Positions 1 through 13,084 are shown, counted from the first letter of the whole stretch. The stretch: 63,415 bases of DNA, filler included, from Octopus bimaculoides (GCF_001194135.2; 6 parts of 6 records of this genome joined end to end with filler, not necessarily neighbours in it); one strand, 5' to 3'. Notes: generated from the letters alone by a model not told the origin. Numbers and translations: made by a program.

Positions 1-33
<33 letters not shown>

Positions 34-598
34 AGTTTTATCTAGAATTACCCTAACACATTGTTTTTTTTAAAGACAATAGACCAGAAAGTTTGCTTTG
101 TGTATGTTATCCTCCTTCAAATCCACCCATTTCATGGTTTTCTTTTCCCTAGTGGAAGAAAGTGTAGAAAGAAATAGAGGAAGGTGAAACATCTTTTCTT
201 TCTAAATGATATTTCTCTAATCAAAGTTCTTATTGCTTTCCAAGAATATTTATTTCTCTTTAATTTCCATTTCAATAATTTCCTCACATTCATTCACTGT
301 CATTCTCTCAACAATTTTTGTTGCCATTCATTTGATCTCTCACAACTTACTGTCCAACTGTTTCTCTGTGTATTTCTCTCTCTTTCTCTCTCTCTCAACC
401 ATCCATCCATTTAGCCATTTGTTTATCCATTTATTTCTCCCCCCCCTCTCTCTGCTGTCTATATCTGTCTCTCTCCATCCATCCATTCGTCTGTCTATCT
501 ATCTAGCTACACATCTGTCTATCTATCTACCTATCTGTCATTCAGTTATTCATTTAATCACAGATTATATTGATCTTTCACACCTTATTTTTCAACTG

Positions 599-647
<49 letters not shown>

Positions 648-1036
648 GACACACACACACACACACACACTTCTAACCATCTATCCATCCATTGAACCTT
701 CCACCCATTTATTTATCTAATCAGAGATTAAATCCCTCCCCTTCCTCCTTCTCCTCCTCCTCCTCCTAATGGTGCTGGTTATGGAAACAGTGGCAGCTTA
801 ACACAGTCGGTAGCACATCAAGAGAAATACTTTGCAGTGTCCCTTCCAGCCTTTTGCATTCTAAGTTCAAGTCATACTGGAATCAATAAGATAAAATAGC
901 AGTCAAATTCTAGGGCCAATTTAATTAATCAACTTCTTGCCCTGCCAAACCTTACTTGTATTTATGTTAGAAATTATAATTATTTTCCTTCTTATTAATT
1001 AATGGAAGCAAGGTGGCTCATCAGCATCATCATTAA

Positions 1037-1160
1037 GGCAGTGGCACAGTCATTAGCATACCGGACTAAATGCTTAGTGGCATTTTGTCCGTCTTTATGT
1101 TCTGAGTTCAAATTCCACCAAGGTCAACTTTGCCTTTCATCCTTCCAGGTGTCGATAAAA
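1037..1160 (+). mobile_element. tRNA-derived SINE family A (CTTTCATCC-core type), 3'-truncated, CpG-decayed
   Basis: Shares TTCTGAGTTCAAATTCC..AGGTCAACTTTGCCTTTCATCCTT..GTCGATAAA with about a dozen copies in the window, e.g. 58049-58260. Confidence 0.85.
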
Positions 1161-1413
1161 TATATCATATTTGGTTTTTCAGAATATCCATGAGAATGTT
1201 GGTAGGAGGGAGAGAATGGTTATGAAGTGGATGAGTTGAGAGTGGTGGGAGGAAGAGATAGAGATTCACAGTAATATAAGGGAGAAATTGGTGTGGTAGA
1301 TATTGTATTGCAAATGGTCAACAAATAACCAATGCAAAGTTTACAGAAGGGACCCAGACATGGCACTGCCTGATTATAGGGCTCCCTTTCCAATCATAAC
1401 AATATTGTATATA

Positions 1414-1505
<92 letters not shown>

Positions 1506-1509
1506 CAAA

Positions 1510-1543
<34 letters not shown>

Positions 1544-2589
1544 GCATATGTGTGCATTGCATATAATAAGTCTTCATTCTTCTGTCTCATTGATTCGTAC
1601 ATGATATTGTGTTTGCCATGAAATGGCCTGGCAGATATTAACTAAATTCTCTGTAGAAAATATGGTTGTTATTATAGCCCTCAACTTCATGATCACAAAT
1701 GAAATAAATTATTACTATTAATATTATTGTTATTATTATTATCATTATTATTTGTATTTGCCTTAATCTATTATTCTGCCGCAACAATAGCTTGATGTAT
1801 ATAACAAATCTTTAATGATTTGCTCTTCAATGGTTTCAAATTATGATTTGCCAGTTAACAATAGAATGGTAAAATAAATATTGCTGAGGCAATAAGCAAG
1901 TCTTAGTCTTGAATCTCACTCACATAATTGTATTAAAAGGGAATTTTAAACTCAAGAGATGCTCTTCCAGTTAGAAGACATTTACTGTATTATTATTGTT
2001 GTTGTTGCTTTTTGTTCATCATTTTTTCAACAGTTCTGTGATTTTCTATGAAACAGTCAGCTAAGGTGTGTACAACATTCTCTTTTGGGAATCTGGAATA
2101 ACACTTATTTGCCACATCGAGTTTTACATTGTTCTGAGATTTTGTTTTGTGATTTCTGGTGTGGTTTTAGTGTTTTATCTCTTTGCTGTATAAAGTATCT
2201 GCAATGTGAGCATTGTTGTTTCTTTGGGTGGTATTCATATACAAGTGTCAATTGATGATTGTGTAAAATATGGACGGTGTGGCCTGTGTTAGATTAATGG
2301 GTGGCAATAGAGTAAAATATGAGTTATGCAAGCCCTCAGTGTTACAATGTTGGGTATTGATTTGTAGGAGAATGTGCTGTTATTTCATTGCATGGTGATT
2401 TTGTACATTATGTGTTATGCTACATTGTTTGATGGTTATTCTATGCTATATATGTTGCATAAGGGCTATTTTATTAGGTGGTCATTATAAAAGTAAAACG
2501 TATGAGTTGCATGTTCAAAGTATATTGTGTATATTCTTGTGTAAGGGTTATTTTATTAGGTGATCATTATGAAAAATAAATGGTATGAA

Positions 2590-2870
2590 TTATATGCCCA
2601 AAATATACTGTTTGAGTGCTGTTATTGAAATGAAACTGGATACGGGCTGTGCTTAACATGCTTTGGAGTTGTAAGCTCCTGATATGGTTTTAATATTTTG
2701 TTCATATTGTTTTATTTTTATATCCAGAGCTCCAATTATTATAGATGATATTTATTTTCATATTCCAGGTGTTCTTCATTTCAATATCAAGATCGTTCAT
2801 CTTGGACAGCTTCACCACTTGCTTCCATTTAATTTTTTAATCAGAATGGATCAAGGGCTTTACTAGAGAA
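2590..2870 (-). pseudogene. Old R4/Dong-like LINE C-terminal fragment
   Basis: Minus translation KLSKMNDLDIEMKNTWNMKINII then IIGAL after a frameshift; resembles KYKDLEIEITRMRNLKTETIPIIVGALG at 34866. Confidence 0.5.
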
Positions 2871-2906
2871 CAGATATATTTTTGTTCCTGTCCTTTCGAG
2901 CAAGAT

Positions 2907-3195
2907 TATTGCCAGTGCCCCTGGAGTGACTCTTGTGCAGGTGGCACATAAAATACACCATTTTGAGCGTGGCCGTTGCCAGTACCGCCTGAATGGCCTT
3001 TGTGCTGGTGGCACGTAAAAGTACCCACTACACTCTCGGAGTGGTTGGTGTTAGGAAGGGCATCCAGCTGTAGAAACTCTGCCAAATCAGATTGGAGCCT
3101 GGTGAAGCCATCTGGTTTCACCAGTTCTCAGTCAAATCGTCCAACCCATGCTAGCATGGAAAGCGGACGTTAAACGATGATGATGATGATGATGA
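2907..3195 (+). mobile_element. SINE family C (GGAAGGGCATCCAGCTGT core, (GAT)n tail)
   Basis: Near-identical to 9271-9498; ends CCAACCCATGCTAGCATGGAAAGCGGACGTTAAACGATGATGAT. Confidence 0.85.
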
Positions 3196-3422
3196 GATGA
3201 AATGCCACTAAGCATTTTTCCTGGCATGTTAATAATTCTGCCTTATTGCCACCTTTGGAAGTAAACAGTGAGAACTAGTGAAATCAGATCTGGAAATGGT
3301 TAGTACCACAGATGAGCTGATTCTAGAACCAGGTGAATAGAAGTTTGCCAATTTACCTAACTGTCAATATATAGACAGACAAGAAAATAATCAAGATAAA
3401 TATTAAATAAAGCATCAGCCTG

Positions 3423-3453
<31 letters not shown>

Positions 3454-3707
3454 NNNNNNNNNNNNNNNNNNNNNNNNNNNNNNNNNNNNNNNNNNNNNNN
3501 NNNNNNNNNNNNNNNNNNNNNNNNNNNNNNNNNNNNNNNNNNNNNNNNNNNNNNNNNNNNNNNNNNNNNNNNNNNNNNNNNNNNNNNNNNNNNNNNNNNN
3601 NNNNNNNNNNNNNNNNNNNNNNNNNNNNNNNNNNNNNNNNNNNNNNNNNNNNNNNNNNNNNNNNNNNNNNNNNNNNNNNNNNNNNNNNNNNNNNNNNNNN
3701 NNNNNNN

Positions 3708-3758
<51 letters not shown>

Positions 3759-3842
3759 CATACTCATACACTTATTTTATGTGTGTGTGTATGTATATGT
3801 ATGTATATACATATTATGTATGTGTGTATACATATGTGTATG

Positions 3843-3885
<43 letters not shown>

Positions 3886-4568
3886 ACAAACACACACACG
3901 CGTGTTTAATGTGTATACATGAGTGCATCTGTGTATGTATGAAGTAAATAACTATAATGATAATAATAAACAACAATATATTATACACTATCTGCTTAAA
4001 ACCATTCTGCTTTCTTTGTCGTTGACAGGATTTTTCAATGAGGAAAATTTATCACGTTCTTGTCAAAATCTGTCTTCTTAGAAAGCATTTATGTATTTAT
4101 GTAATCTTTATCTTGTCAAACATTATTTTCTAAGGTTAAAGTTCAACACATATATTAAATGTTCTTAGATGTGTTTGTGACATGGTAGGGGAAGGGACAT
4201 TTTTTTTTTTTTTTTTTTTTACTTAATATTTGTTCAACAGTTCTTCTTCTTCATGAATTGTCTTGTAGTTTACTTTCTTCAATGTTGTATTATATTTATA
4301 TGAGTGTATGTCTGTATCAGCAATGTTTCGTGCATGAATACAATGATTTTCTAAGCTACATAGAAATGAATGCAAACAATAAATCAGAGTTTAATGTAAA
4401 TCTTTTGTAGGTATATGAGACAGGTGGAAATAGGATTTACATAAATGGTGTATATATGCAGTATATACCCTCCTCCAACTGTATGGCTTTGATTTGATGA
4501 TGTGTGGGTGGATAGACAGATGGATGGAATGAGAGACAGAAATCACAAAGGAAATGAAGGATAATAAA

Positions 4569-4617
<49 letters not shown>

Positions 4618-4826
4618 GTATATAAAATAGCCAGTCGCTCATAAATCTAAAATAAAAGCACACTAAACATTCTTTTTTGAGTAATAACGTTTTATGTAGT
4701 CATTGGTTATGTGCAGTTAGGAAATTTGGTTTCATGTATATTAATTCTCTTAGCAATATAGGCAACTCATTAGACCTACTGGCTGGAGGTGCATAACCTC
4801 TTTACTAATAGTGATAAAAATACACA

Positions 4827-4864
<38 letters not shown>

Positions 4865-4985
4865 AGTAAAAAGAAGATACTAACAGAATCATAATCATGG
4901 TAATGCAAATAGTTATAAGTAAATAGTTATAAGTAAATTCTGGCCAAATATTTCTGTTGAAAGTAATAATTATAATAATAATAAT

Positions 4986-5367
4986 AACAAGACCACTCAG
5001 AGAGCACAAACCTCTGCCAAAGCAACACTAACGTCCTCTCAGTAGCTGGAGATGATTTTTCTTAAAAATGAGAATGACTAAGTTAAACTCGGCTGCTCTC
5101 ACAAACGAGAATACTAAAAATGAACACGACCACTCTCAAAAATTAAGCAAATAAAAAAAAACAGGAAAAATAATCTAGAATCCTTGTCCAGGATTGGATC
5201 GATCCCAAAATCTAATCAATTTGTGCCAGTCACGAGGCCAAACATCCCTGGAAGTTTCATCCGAATCCCTCCAGCGGTTCTTGAGATATTTTGTCCATGG
5301 ATAAACAAACATACAAATAAACATGACCACAAACAATACCTCTGCCTTCGCTAAGGTCAAGGAAATA
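4986..5367. mobile_element. Helentron-type non-autonomous element (HINE/DINE-like)
   Basis: Starts AACAAGA..ACCTCTGCCAAAGC; ends ACCTCTGCCTTCGCTAAGGTCAAGG (repeated subterminal motif plus degenerate terminal hairpin); lies between A-rich/TAA flanks. Confidence 0.5.
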
Positions 5368-5384
5368 ATTATAATGATGATGAT

Positions 5385-5745
5385 CCTTTCTACTAAAGGC
5401 ACAAGGCCTGAAATTTTGGGGGAGGGGATAAGTCGATTACATCAACCCCAGCACTCAACTGGTACTTATTACATTGACCCTGAAAGTATGGAAGGTACAG
5501 TTGAACTTGGCATAATAATAATAATCCTTTCTGCTGTAGGCCCAAGGCCTGCATTTTGTGGGGAGGGGTACAATCGATCACATCGATCCTAGTATTCCAC
5601 TGGTACTTTTTTCATTGACCCTGAAAGGATAAAAGAAAAAATTGACTTCAGCAGAATTTGAACTCGGAACATAGCAACGGTCAAAATACTGCTAAGCATT
5701 TCATCCAGCATGGTAACAATTCTGCCAGCTAGCTTCCTTGATAAT
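5385..5745 (-). mobile_element. Two SINE family A copies (one partial) separated by (TAA)n
   Basis: Reverse-complement matches to the family A 3' end (AGGCCTGAAATTTTGGGG, CAACTGGTACTT) and head. Confidence 0.8.
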
Positions 5746-5763
5746 AATAATAATGATAATAAT

Positions 5764-6196
5764 AATAGTAAAGTTTATACGCTTACAGAATGTGGCAATC
5801 CTATAAAGGACGATGTTACTGTTGTTTTAGCCCAGGAAAACATCTTTTCCAGCTAGCTATCGATTCGCGGTTTGTGTCCATATAGCATTTGCAAGTGAAG
5901 TCATCACTCCTATCTCTAGCCTTACATGATACTCACAGACCTAGGTTTCTGGGTGGTTACCCATCTTCAGTGTGACACAACCACAAGCTAGTGACGAAAG
6001 CTTTCTCCACTTGCAAATACTATATATTCTTTAAGTGACACACAGTTATTGATCTCATACAGAGAAAAACAATTTGTTTTAAATCTCTGAGTGAGGGATA
6101 TACAGGAACAGTACCGAATAGTAAAGTTTATCTGCCAATAGAATGTGGCAGTCCTATAAAGGATGATTACACTGTTGTTTTAGCACCTGGAAAACA
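5764..6196 (-). mobile_element. Retrozyme-like ~353-bp unit with terminal direct repeat and hammerhead
   Basis: Direct repeat 5764-5842 / 6117-6196; internal hammerhead 5933-5975; inverted stems 5881-5897/6008-6024; homologue at 56928-57208. Confidence 0.7.
5933..5975 (-). ncRNA. Minimal type-I hammerhead ribozyme
   Basis: Minus strand: UCACA-CUGAAGA-UGGGU(AACC)ACCCA-GAA-ACCUAGGU-C-UGUGA. All core nucleotides present; 5-bp stems I and II; palindromic stem III; GUC triplet. Confidence 0.85.
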
Positions 6197-7193
6197 CCAT
6201 CATCATCATCATAATAATAATAGTAGCAGTAGTAGTACACAAGACCAGAAATTTTCGTGGATGGAACAATCAATCTCAATACTTATCGGGCCCTGTGTTT
6301 TATTTATGTGAGAAAAATGAAAGGCAAAATCGACATCGACATTGTGTTTTAATTTTGGTACAATTAGACTAATTTGTAGAAGAGACTACTCAATTTAATC
6401 AACCTAATTAGTCAGCTGGTATTTAGTTGATCAATGCTCTCCAGAGAAGTGAAATACAAGTTAGAACTCTGGTGGGGATTGCTAGTCGGAACACAGAAAT
6501 ATATGTATTTCTAAATAGTGTTAGGTAGTCAGTTAGTTAGCCTGATGTTGAATTATTCTGCTGCAGTAGTGATGTGTGACGAGGAAAAGGAGGAAGCAGA
6601 GGGTGGTGTGGGTGATGGAGAGGGAGGAGGATTGATAAGAGGCGTCTTAGTACAAAACAGTGTCACACCACTGCAATATTATTTTTAACCTTGCAAATAT
6701 ATATTCTAATATCACTCCCACCCACCATAAATATCATTTATACCATTAATATCATCACCTTTATCCCCATCACACCATAATCACACCTTCATTCTCATCG
6801 TCATCAGCATCATCATCACCATCATCATCGTTATAATCTTTACCATACTGTCATAGCACTATCCCCAACATCATACCTTCTACATCATTTTCGTTGTTAT
6901 CATTTACACAGTCAACATTTTGATGACTATCATAATCAACATCATCATCGTCATCATCATCATCAGTGTCATCTTCATTATCTTTGTTATCTTGTACTGT
7001 AAAATGAATGCTGAAAGTTGAGTAGAGGGTGAAAAACAAAAAAAGTTAATTAAAGGCAATATAGGTACCAGAACAAATGCATTGACAATTTAAAAAGAAA
7101 ATTTGGAAAATAAAAAAACATCAAGCTAAAATGTCAAAACAACTCTCCTAAACAAAGAGATGATAGATGGCTGGCTGACTGGCTGGCTGGCTG

Positions 7194-7247
<54 letters not shown>

Positions 7248-8007
7248 GAGGTGGGGAAATAAATTTAGAGTTTATTCTGCTGCAATTTTTACTGGTCTTA
7301 GATTCGATATTGATAAAATTTTCTTTGATTTTCAGACATAACTTGATCATCCTTGATAAAGTTTTAACTTTCTTCTGTTCTCCAAGCTGAAATGTATAAT
7401 TAATACCGGCAAGAACAAATTAGAGTGGAACCCCTCTCATTTCCTTCCATTCCTCAACTCTCTCTCTCTCTCCCCTTCACTCTCTCTCTCTGCACTCTCT
7501 CTTTTTCACTATATATATGTATATATATATATACATACACACACACACATAGATATACTCACACATACATATATATATTCATATATATACATATATATAT
7601 ATATATATACATATATGTTTGTATGTGTGTTTATACATGCATATATGACTCTTCACTTTACCACCACACACATATATGCATACATGTCTTTTATAATAGG
7701 GTGCTATTAGCAGCTAGTGTTTCAATTTTAGAATTATTTTCAAAGTTACTTGTTAAAATAAGTAGACCAATCTAATGCAAGCATTAATTATTGGTAAAAT
7801 GTGACAAAAATGGCAAAATAGCAGTCAAAATAGTAAAGCATCAGTCACAAAAATCTTGTGTATATAATTAGTCATTTATGTTGTGAGTTCATATCTTTTC
7901 GCAATCAACTTTAACTCTTTTATTCTTGTCAGATGTAGGCCAATGCTTTAGGTATCGGGGTTGATATGATTGGTCCTTTCTCTCTTTAGAAATTTGTGAC
8001 ATTCGCC

Positions 8008-8651
8008 TTAAAATCTGTGGCACTCAAACTGGTCATATCCAGTCAAAATATTCTACCTGTTTTATGTTCAATCTAACTAGATCAGGCTTCTCACACCTAC
8101 CCTACAGTGTCATTCTAAAAATAAGCGATCACATCATTGAAGTCTCAAAGCTCCAAGATAATTCTCTCTATTTTCTCTTTTACTTGTTTTAGTCATTTGA
8201 CTGCGGTCATGCTGGAGTACCACCTTTAGTTGAGCAAATCGACCTCAGGACTTATTCTTTGGAAGCCTAGTACTTATTCTATCGGTCTCTTTTGCCAAAC
8301 CACTAAGTTACAGGGATGTAAACACACAACCATCGGTTGTCAAGCGATGTTGGGGGGACAAACACAGCCACGCAAACATATACACACACATACACATATA
8401 TATACATATATACGACGGGCTTCTTTCAGTTTCCGCCTACCAAATCCACTCACAAGTCTTTGGTTGGCCCGAGGCTATAGTAGAAGACACTTGCCCAAGG
8501 TGCCATGCAGTGGGAATGAACCCTGAACCATCTGGTTGGTAAGCAAGCTACTTAGCCACTACATAGCCACTCCTGTGCCTTGATTAATTCAGAGTAATGT
8601 GCATAAATAAGCTTTACATTTGGCAGAGTAATCTGAATGCTAAAGAGTTAA
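8008..8651. mobile_element. piggyBac-like MITE (degenerate) interrupted by a SINE
   Basis: Right end GAATGCTAAAGAG-TTAA; left end degenerate after TTAA at 8008; body split by SINE 8170-8580. Confidence 0.45.
8170..8580 (-). mobile_element. SINE family B (tRNA head, CCTTGGGCAAGTGTCTT CORE-like box, internal AC/AT microsatellite), full length
   Basis: Matches copies at 16455-16790, 16825-16990, 24058-24270, 61003-61342. Confidence 0.9.
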
Positions 8652-9237
8652 GTTAGAAATCTTCATTATCATGGCTGTATGGTCAAGAAGTTGGCATCAA
8701 AACCTAAAAGTTACCATGATGGATTCCACTGTTATCTCAGCCTGAAAAATACCTGGGTGGAGTTTCGGTGATGGAAGCTGTGCAGAAGTTCATTGTATAC
8801 ATATATGCTTGTTTACATACATACATACATACATACATATTGGAGAAACAGGATACATAACACCCTATCTGGAGCAATGTATGCCTGAACTTGGGATCAT
8901 GGGATCTTGAGATCTTGAGAAAATGCAAATCCTTCATGCATATGCTACAAATGATCACGATATCTGTGACTATAGAAATCTGTTTCTATGAGGTATACCT
9001 AAATATGGAGAGACTCTTTCGTTGGTTCATATATACTATGTGTGACATAATGTTTCCTGTTATGAGAGCTAGTAAATGTGATAGAAATTTTAAATTGTCG
9101 GCATCAATATTAGTGAGGGAACTTCTGTATTATTGATACAGAATTAGTGAACTAAGGCACACCGGTATGTCATGATATGTAACTCTATGTGGTGTAAAAA
9201 TAATTTAATTATACTTCAGATTTATTAAAAAATATGC

Positions 9238-9270
<33 letters not shown>

Positions 9271-9498
9271 CATAAAAGACACCATTTCGAGCATGGTCGT
9301 TTTCGTGCAGGTGACACGTAAAAGCACCCACTACACTCTCTGAGTGGTTGGCGTTAGGAAGGGCATCCAGCTGTAGAAACTCTGGCAAATTAGATTGGAG
9401 CCTGGTGTTGCCATCCGGTTTCACCAGTCCTCAGTCAAATCGTCCAACCCATGCTAGCATGGAAAGCGGACGTTAAACGATGATGATGATGATGATGA
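9271..9498 (+). mobile_element. SINE family C, 5'-truncated
   Basis: Near-identical to 2945-3195 including the (GAT)n tail. Confidence 0.85.
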
Positions 9499-9628
9499 TA
9501 TATATATATATATATATGTATGTATATAGATTTAGATTTAGATTCAAAATTGAATATGGTACTTATTCTTAGGCCCCAGAATATAGTATGGTATTATCTG
9601 AAAACCATTCTAAAAGCAAGGTGATCAA

Positions 9629-9965
9629 AAAATCAAAATAAGCAACACGGATTTTAAAGATGACTGCAGTACGCACGCTTCATGCTACTCCATTTATTTA
9701 AGTAATGCGAGCATTACATTAAATGCAATATGTAGAGCAATCTTCAGCTGCACAAAAATGTAGAAAATTACAGTAGAATTGGATTTTAAATGATGCCACA
9801 ATTATAATATGTCTATTTTACTGTAATTTTCTACATTTTTGTGCAGCTGAAGATTGCTCTACATATTGCATTTAATGTAATGCTCGCATAACTTAAATAA
9901 ATGGAGTAGCATGAAACGTGCGTACTGCAGTCATCTTTAAAATCCGTGTTGCTTATTTTGATTTT
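9629..9965. repeat. Foldback inverted repeat, 147-bp arms
   Basis: 9629-9775 is the reverse complement of 9819-9965 with 2 mismatches seen by eye; ~43-bp spacer. Confidence 0.95.
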
Positions 9966-9968
9966 ATG

Positions 9969-10005
<37 letters not shown>

Positions 10006-10114
10006 CAAAGGTAGAACAGAAAGAACACAAGCAGAAACCAACAAAACAAAACGTTTGGAAAAGTAGGACAAACAGGACAAAAACAAAATACACAGATCAT
10101 TCACAGCCAATAGC

Positions 10115-10171
10115 TCATCAGGTGGAGTCCAGAATATCCTTGTAGTTTCATACCTTTATCTCCAATATTAC
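10115..10171 (-). ncRNA. Non-circularly permuted hammerhead-like motif (slightly decayed)
   Basis: Minus: GUAAU-A-UUGGAG-10nt-GAA-ACUAC-..-CUCCAC-CUGAUGA; stem I 5/6 paired, stem III 4/5 paired; lies in a PLE-terminal-repeat-like segment ~9990-10330. Confidence 0.55.
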
Positions 10172-13084
10172 TTGAATCCAGCAGATGCCAGGGACTTAAG
10201 CTAAAAGCATTAAGCCTCTGGGAAAGGCAAATGAATGTATACAAGAATGAAAACAGGAATAGGAACAAAAACGAGAAAGCTGGAATTATACAAGTATGAC
10301 AGAATGCCTTTTGGCTATACAACAGAAGGAAACACTATTTTTTGTACACATATGAATACAAATAAGTAAACAACAGAAAGGGTATTTCGACTACCGAACA
10401 AATGTAACGTTATGAAATAGCAATGTAAGTGCAACAGATAAAGAATTATATATATATAGTAATAATAATAATTTGAAAGTCCTTTGTTCATTTATAAAAT
10501 GAAGATAGAAATTCATATTTATAGATTAAAATATAGGGATAATCTTTTAATACATTTTTTTTTTTTCTGCTTTATGCATGAAGTGTGCCTTATGGCACAT
10601 TTAGAATTATAAGATATTGCCTTATTGTTTTCAAAGATTATTGTTGTTGTTGCTGTGTTGATGCATGGGTATTATGCAAGGTACTACAATCATGGCCATC
10701 TCCATATATTCTCTCTACGGCATTGCATGTCTTTGGTTATACAATCCAATGTGCTCTTTGCTTCTCAAAATTGTTGGGCATATTTTAAGTGAGATTTGCA
10801 TGCAATTTCTGAAGGGCAAGTAACTATTTAGAGAGGAACCTTTGTTTTGCATTTCCCAAGTTGGTAATATGCAACTGAAAACATGAAATATCAACAAGAA
10901 GGTTTCAAGGGTACCAACCACCAAAGCCTTTTGGTTAATTCTGAAACATTTTAAGAAAACCAAATTTGTCACAGAAATGGAGAAAAAGTCAAAGAACGAA
11001 TGTTGTAACTGGGGAAGAGAGAAAATAGAGAGGATTCTATGAAGAGAATAAGGTATATTTAATGATTGGTTAATGAATCTCCTACAAACATGGTTTAGAA
11101 TGCATCAGAAGTTAAATGTCTCATTTGATGAATCATAAAGCTTCTCAATAAAAAAATTCATTGACAAGAGATATATTTTATGTGAGAAGGGCAAGTTTTT
11201 TTCTTGTTTTATGTAAGAGATGTGTGATATGTGATATTCATAAATTGTCCATTCAGACATGAAACTAGATGGTATCATATATACCTAAAACAATTTTATG
11301 TTGTTAACACGTTAATATCACATCAAGTGCATTTAGTGAAAGTGCTAATAGCATCGAATACATAGCATTTGTCATGATCAAAACCTATAGTTGATAACAT
11401 TATTATGGTCTCTTTGGACATCAAATAAAACTGTCACTATAATGTATTAATCTTTTAGTGAAGTCATTTTTCCCAGATATGCGCTGATAAAAATTGACTT
11501 GAAAACTGCAAAGACTGCACATGCATTTTAGAACTATCGACACTTTTTAGTATATAAATGCATATTTACACACATATATATACATATATAGGGTTAGCTA
11601 TATATCACTGTGTTCCTTCCAGTCAGGCACCTTTTTCTAATGAAAGAGCTCACTAGGTTATAGCAGTGATCATTCTGCAGTAAAAAAATTTCAAGACTAC
11701 TAAATGTGGCACCTTACTTATCCTTGATTCAGGATACCAATAACTAAAATCATTCTAGCAACAGATATCCATTCTTTTTCTATACTCCTTAAAATGCCAA
11801 ATGTTTAAGGTAGATCTATATTATCTAATATCTCCTCTCTGTGGAGAAATTAGCTATAAGCTATATTTCTAGCACTTTGAATGACCATGGCATGTAGAAG
11901 ATCTTTTACTGGCTCAGATATTATTAAACATACAAAGTTAATTTGAAAAAGCTGATTCAGAAATTGAACCAGGCTCTATGTCTTGGTTAACTAGGAGTGC
12001 ATACTATCATACTATCACATCATAAAATAGATCAGTCACACACATGTATGTATATATTTATGTGTATACATGTATGNNNNNNNNNNNNNNNNNNNNNNNN
12101 NNNNNNNNNNNNNNNNNNNNNNNNNNNNNNNNNNNNNNNNNNNNNNNNNNNNNNNNNNNNNNNNNNNNNNNNNNNNNNNNNNNNNNNNNNNNNNNNNNNN
12201 NNNNNNNNNNNNNNNNNNTATATATATATATATATATATTCTTTTAATTTTCTACTGGCTTCATGCCTTAGATTGCAGCTATATTGAAGGATTACATTCA
12301 ATGATTTTAGCCAACTATATCAATGTATGTAAGGCCATTGCCTGGAGCTTATTTTATCAAATAGGGTAAACAAACATAGTTCACCTGTATGTAAGGAGAC
12401 ATAACTTCCCACAAGAAAATAACAGGTGATATTTATCTTTGCCCCACTGATTTCTCTGAATGACAGATTTCTACAATAGTTTCTGTCCACTAAATTTCAC
12501 TTAGAACAATTTGATCAACTTGAGTTTATGATTGAAGATACTTGCCTAAGATACTGCACAGTTAAACTGATCACAGGATCAGGGAGCTACCAAATAAACT
12601 ACTTCGGCACATAACGACATCCATATCAATGTATCAGTGTGGGTGAGGGACAAGGGTGGGGGAAGATTTTTGTGGTCAAAATATCAGTTATTTTGACTGT
12701 ATGACCAATAGTTCAGAATGTTGACTTGAACTGAAAACACATGTTCAAGAAAGTTCTAGAAGGATGATATCATTTCCATTACAATGATGTTTCTTTCATT
12801 ATTGAACTAAAAGATAAAAATGTTTAATTAGGATGCTGTGTAAAAGTATTGATTTCGTTCCTTTATAAATAGTCACCTATAGTTAGTTATAATGCTAGAG
12901 AAAATGTTACAAGTCTACAATGATTTTTTATTTGATTGCTGTTCTTTTACTTTGTCTTCTAATTTCTAATTAATTATAGAGTGCCAAAAGTAGTTCTCAG
13001 CTGTATATGTGGGGGTTGGATATTCCTACTACATTAACTTTCTAGCTACAGTTTTCGAACGTTAATATTTCTGTTGCATGATAA

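Noticed and set aside
4240-4370. Minus-strand exon-like frame LENHCIHARNIADTDIHSYKYNTTLKKVNYKTIHEEEELLNKY*
   Set aside because: Plausible acceptor but no recognisable homology or partner exon, and it conflicts in strand with the other weak candidate.
7280-7391. Minus-strand acceptor ATACATTTCAG followed by LGEQKKVKTLSRM..
   Set aside because: No convincing donor or homology; the frame runs into a microsatellite.
10585-11050. Protein-like frames around 10.6-11 kb
   Set aside because: Several frames look equally plausible, stops are frequent and no motif is recognisable.
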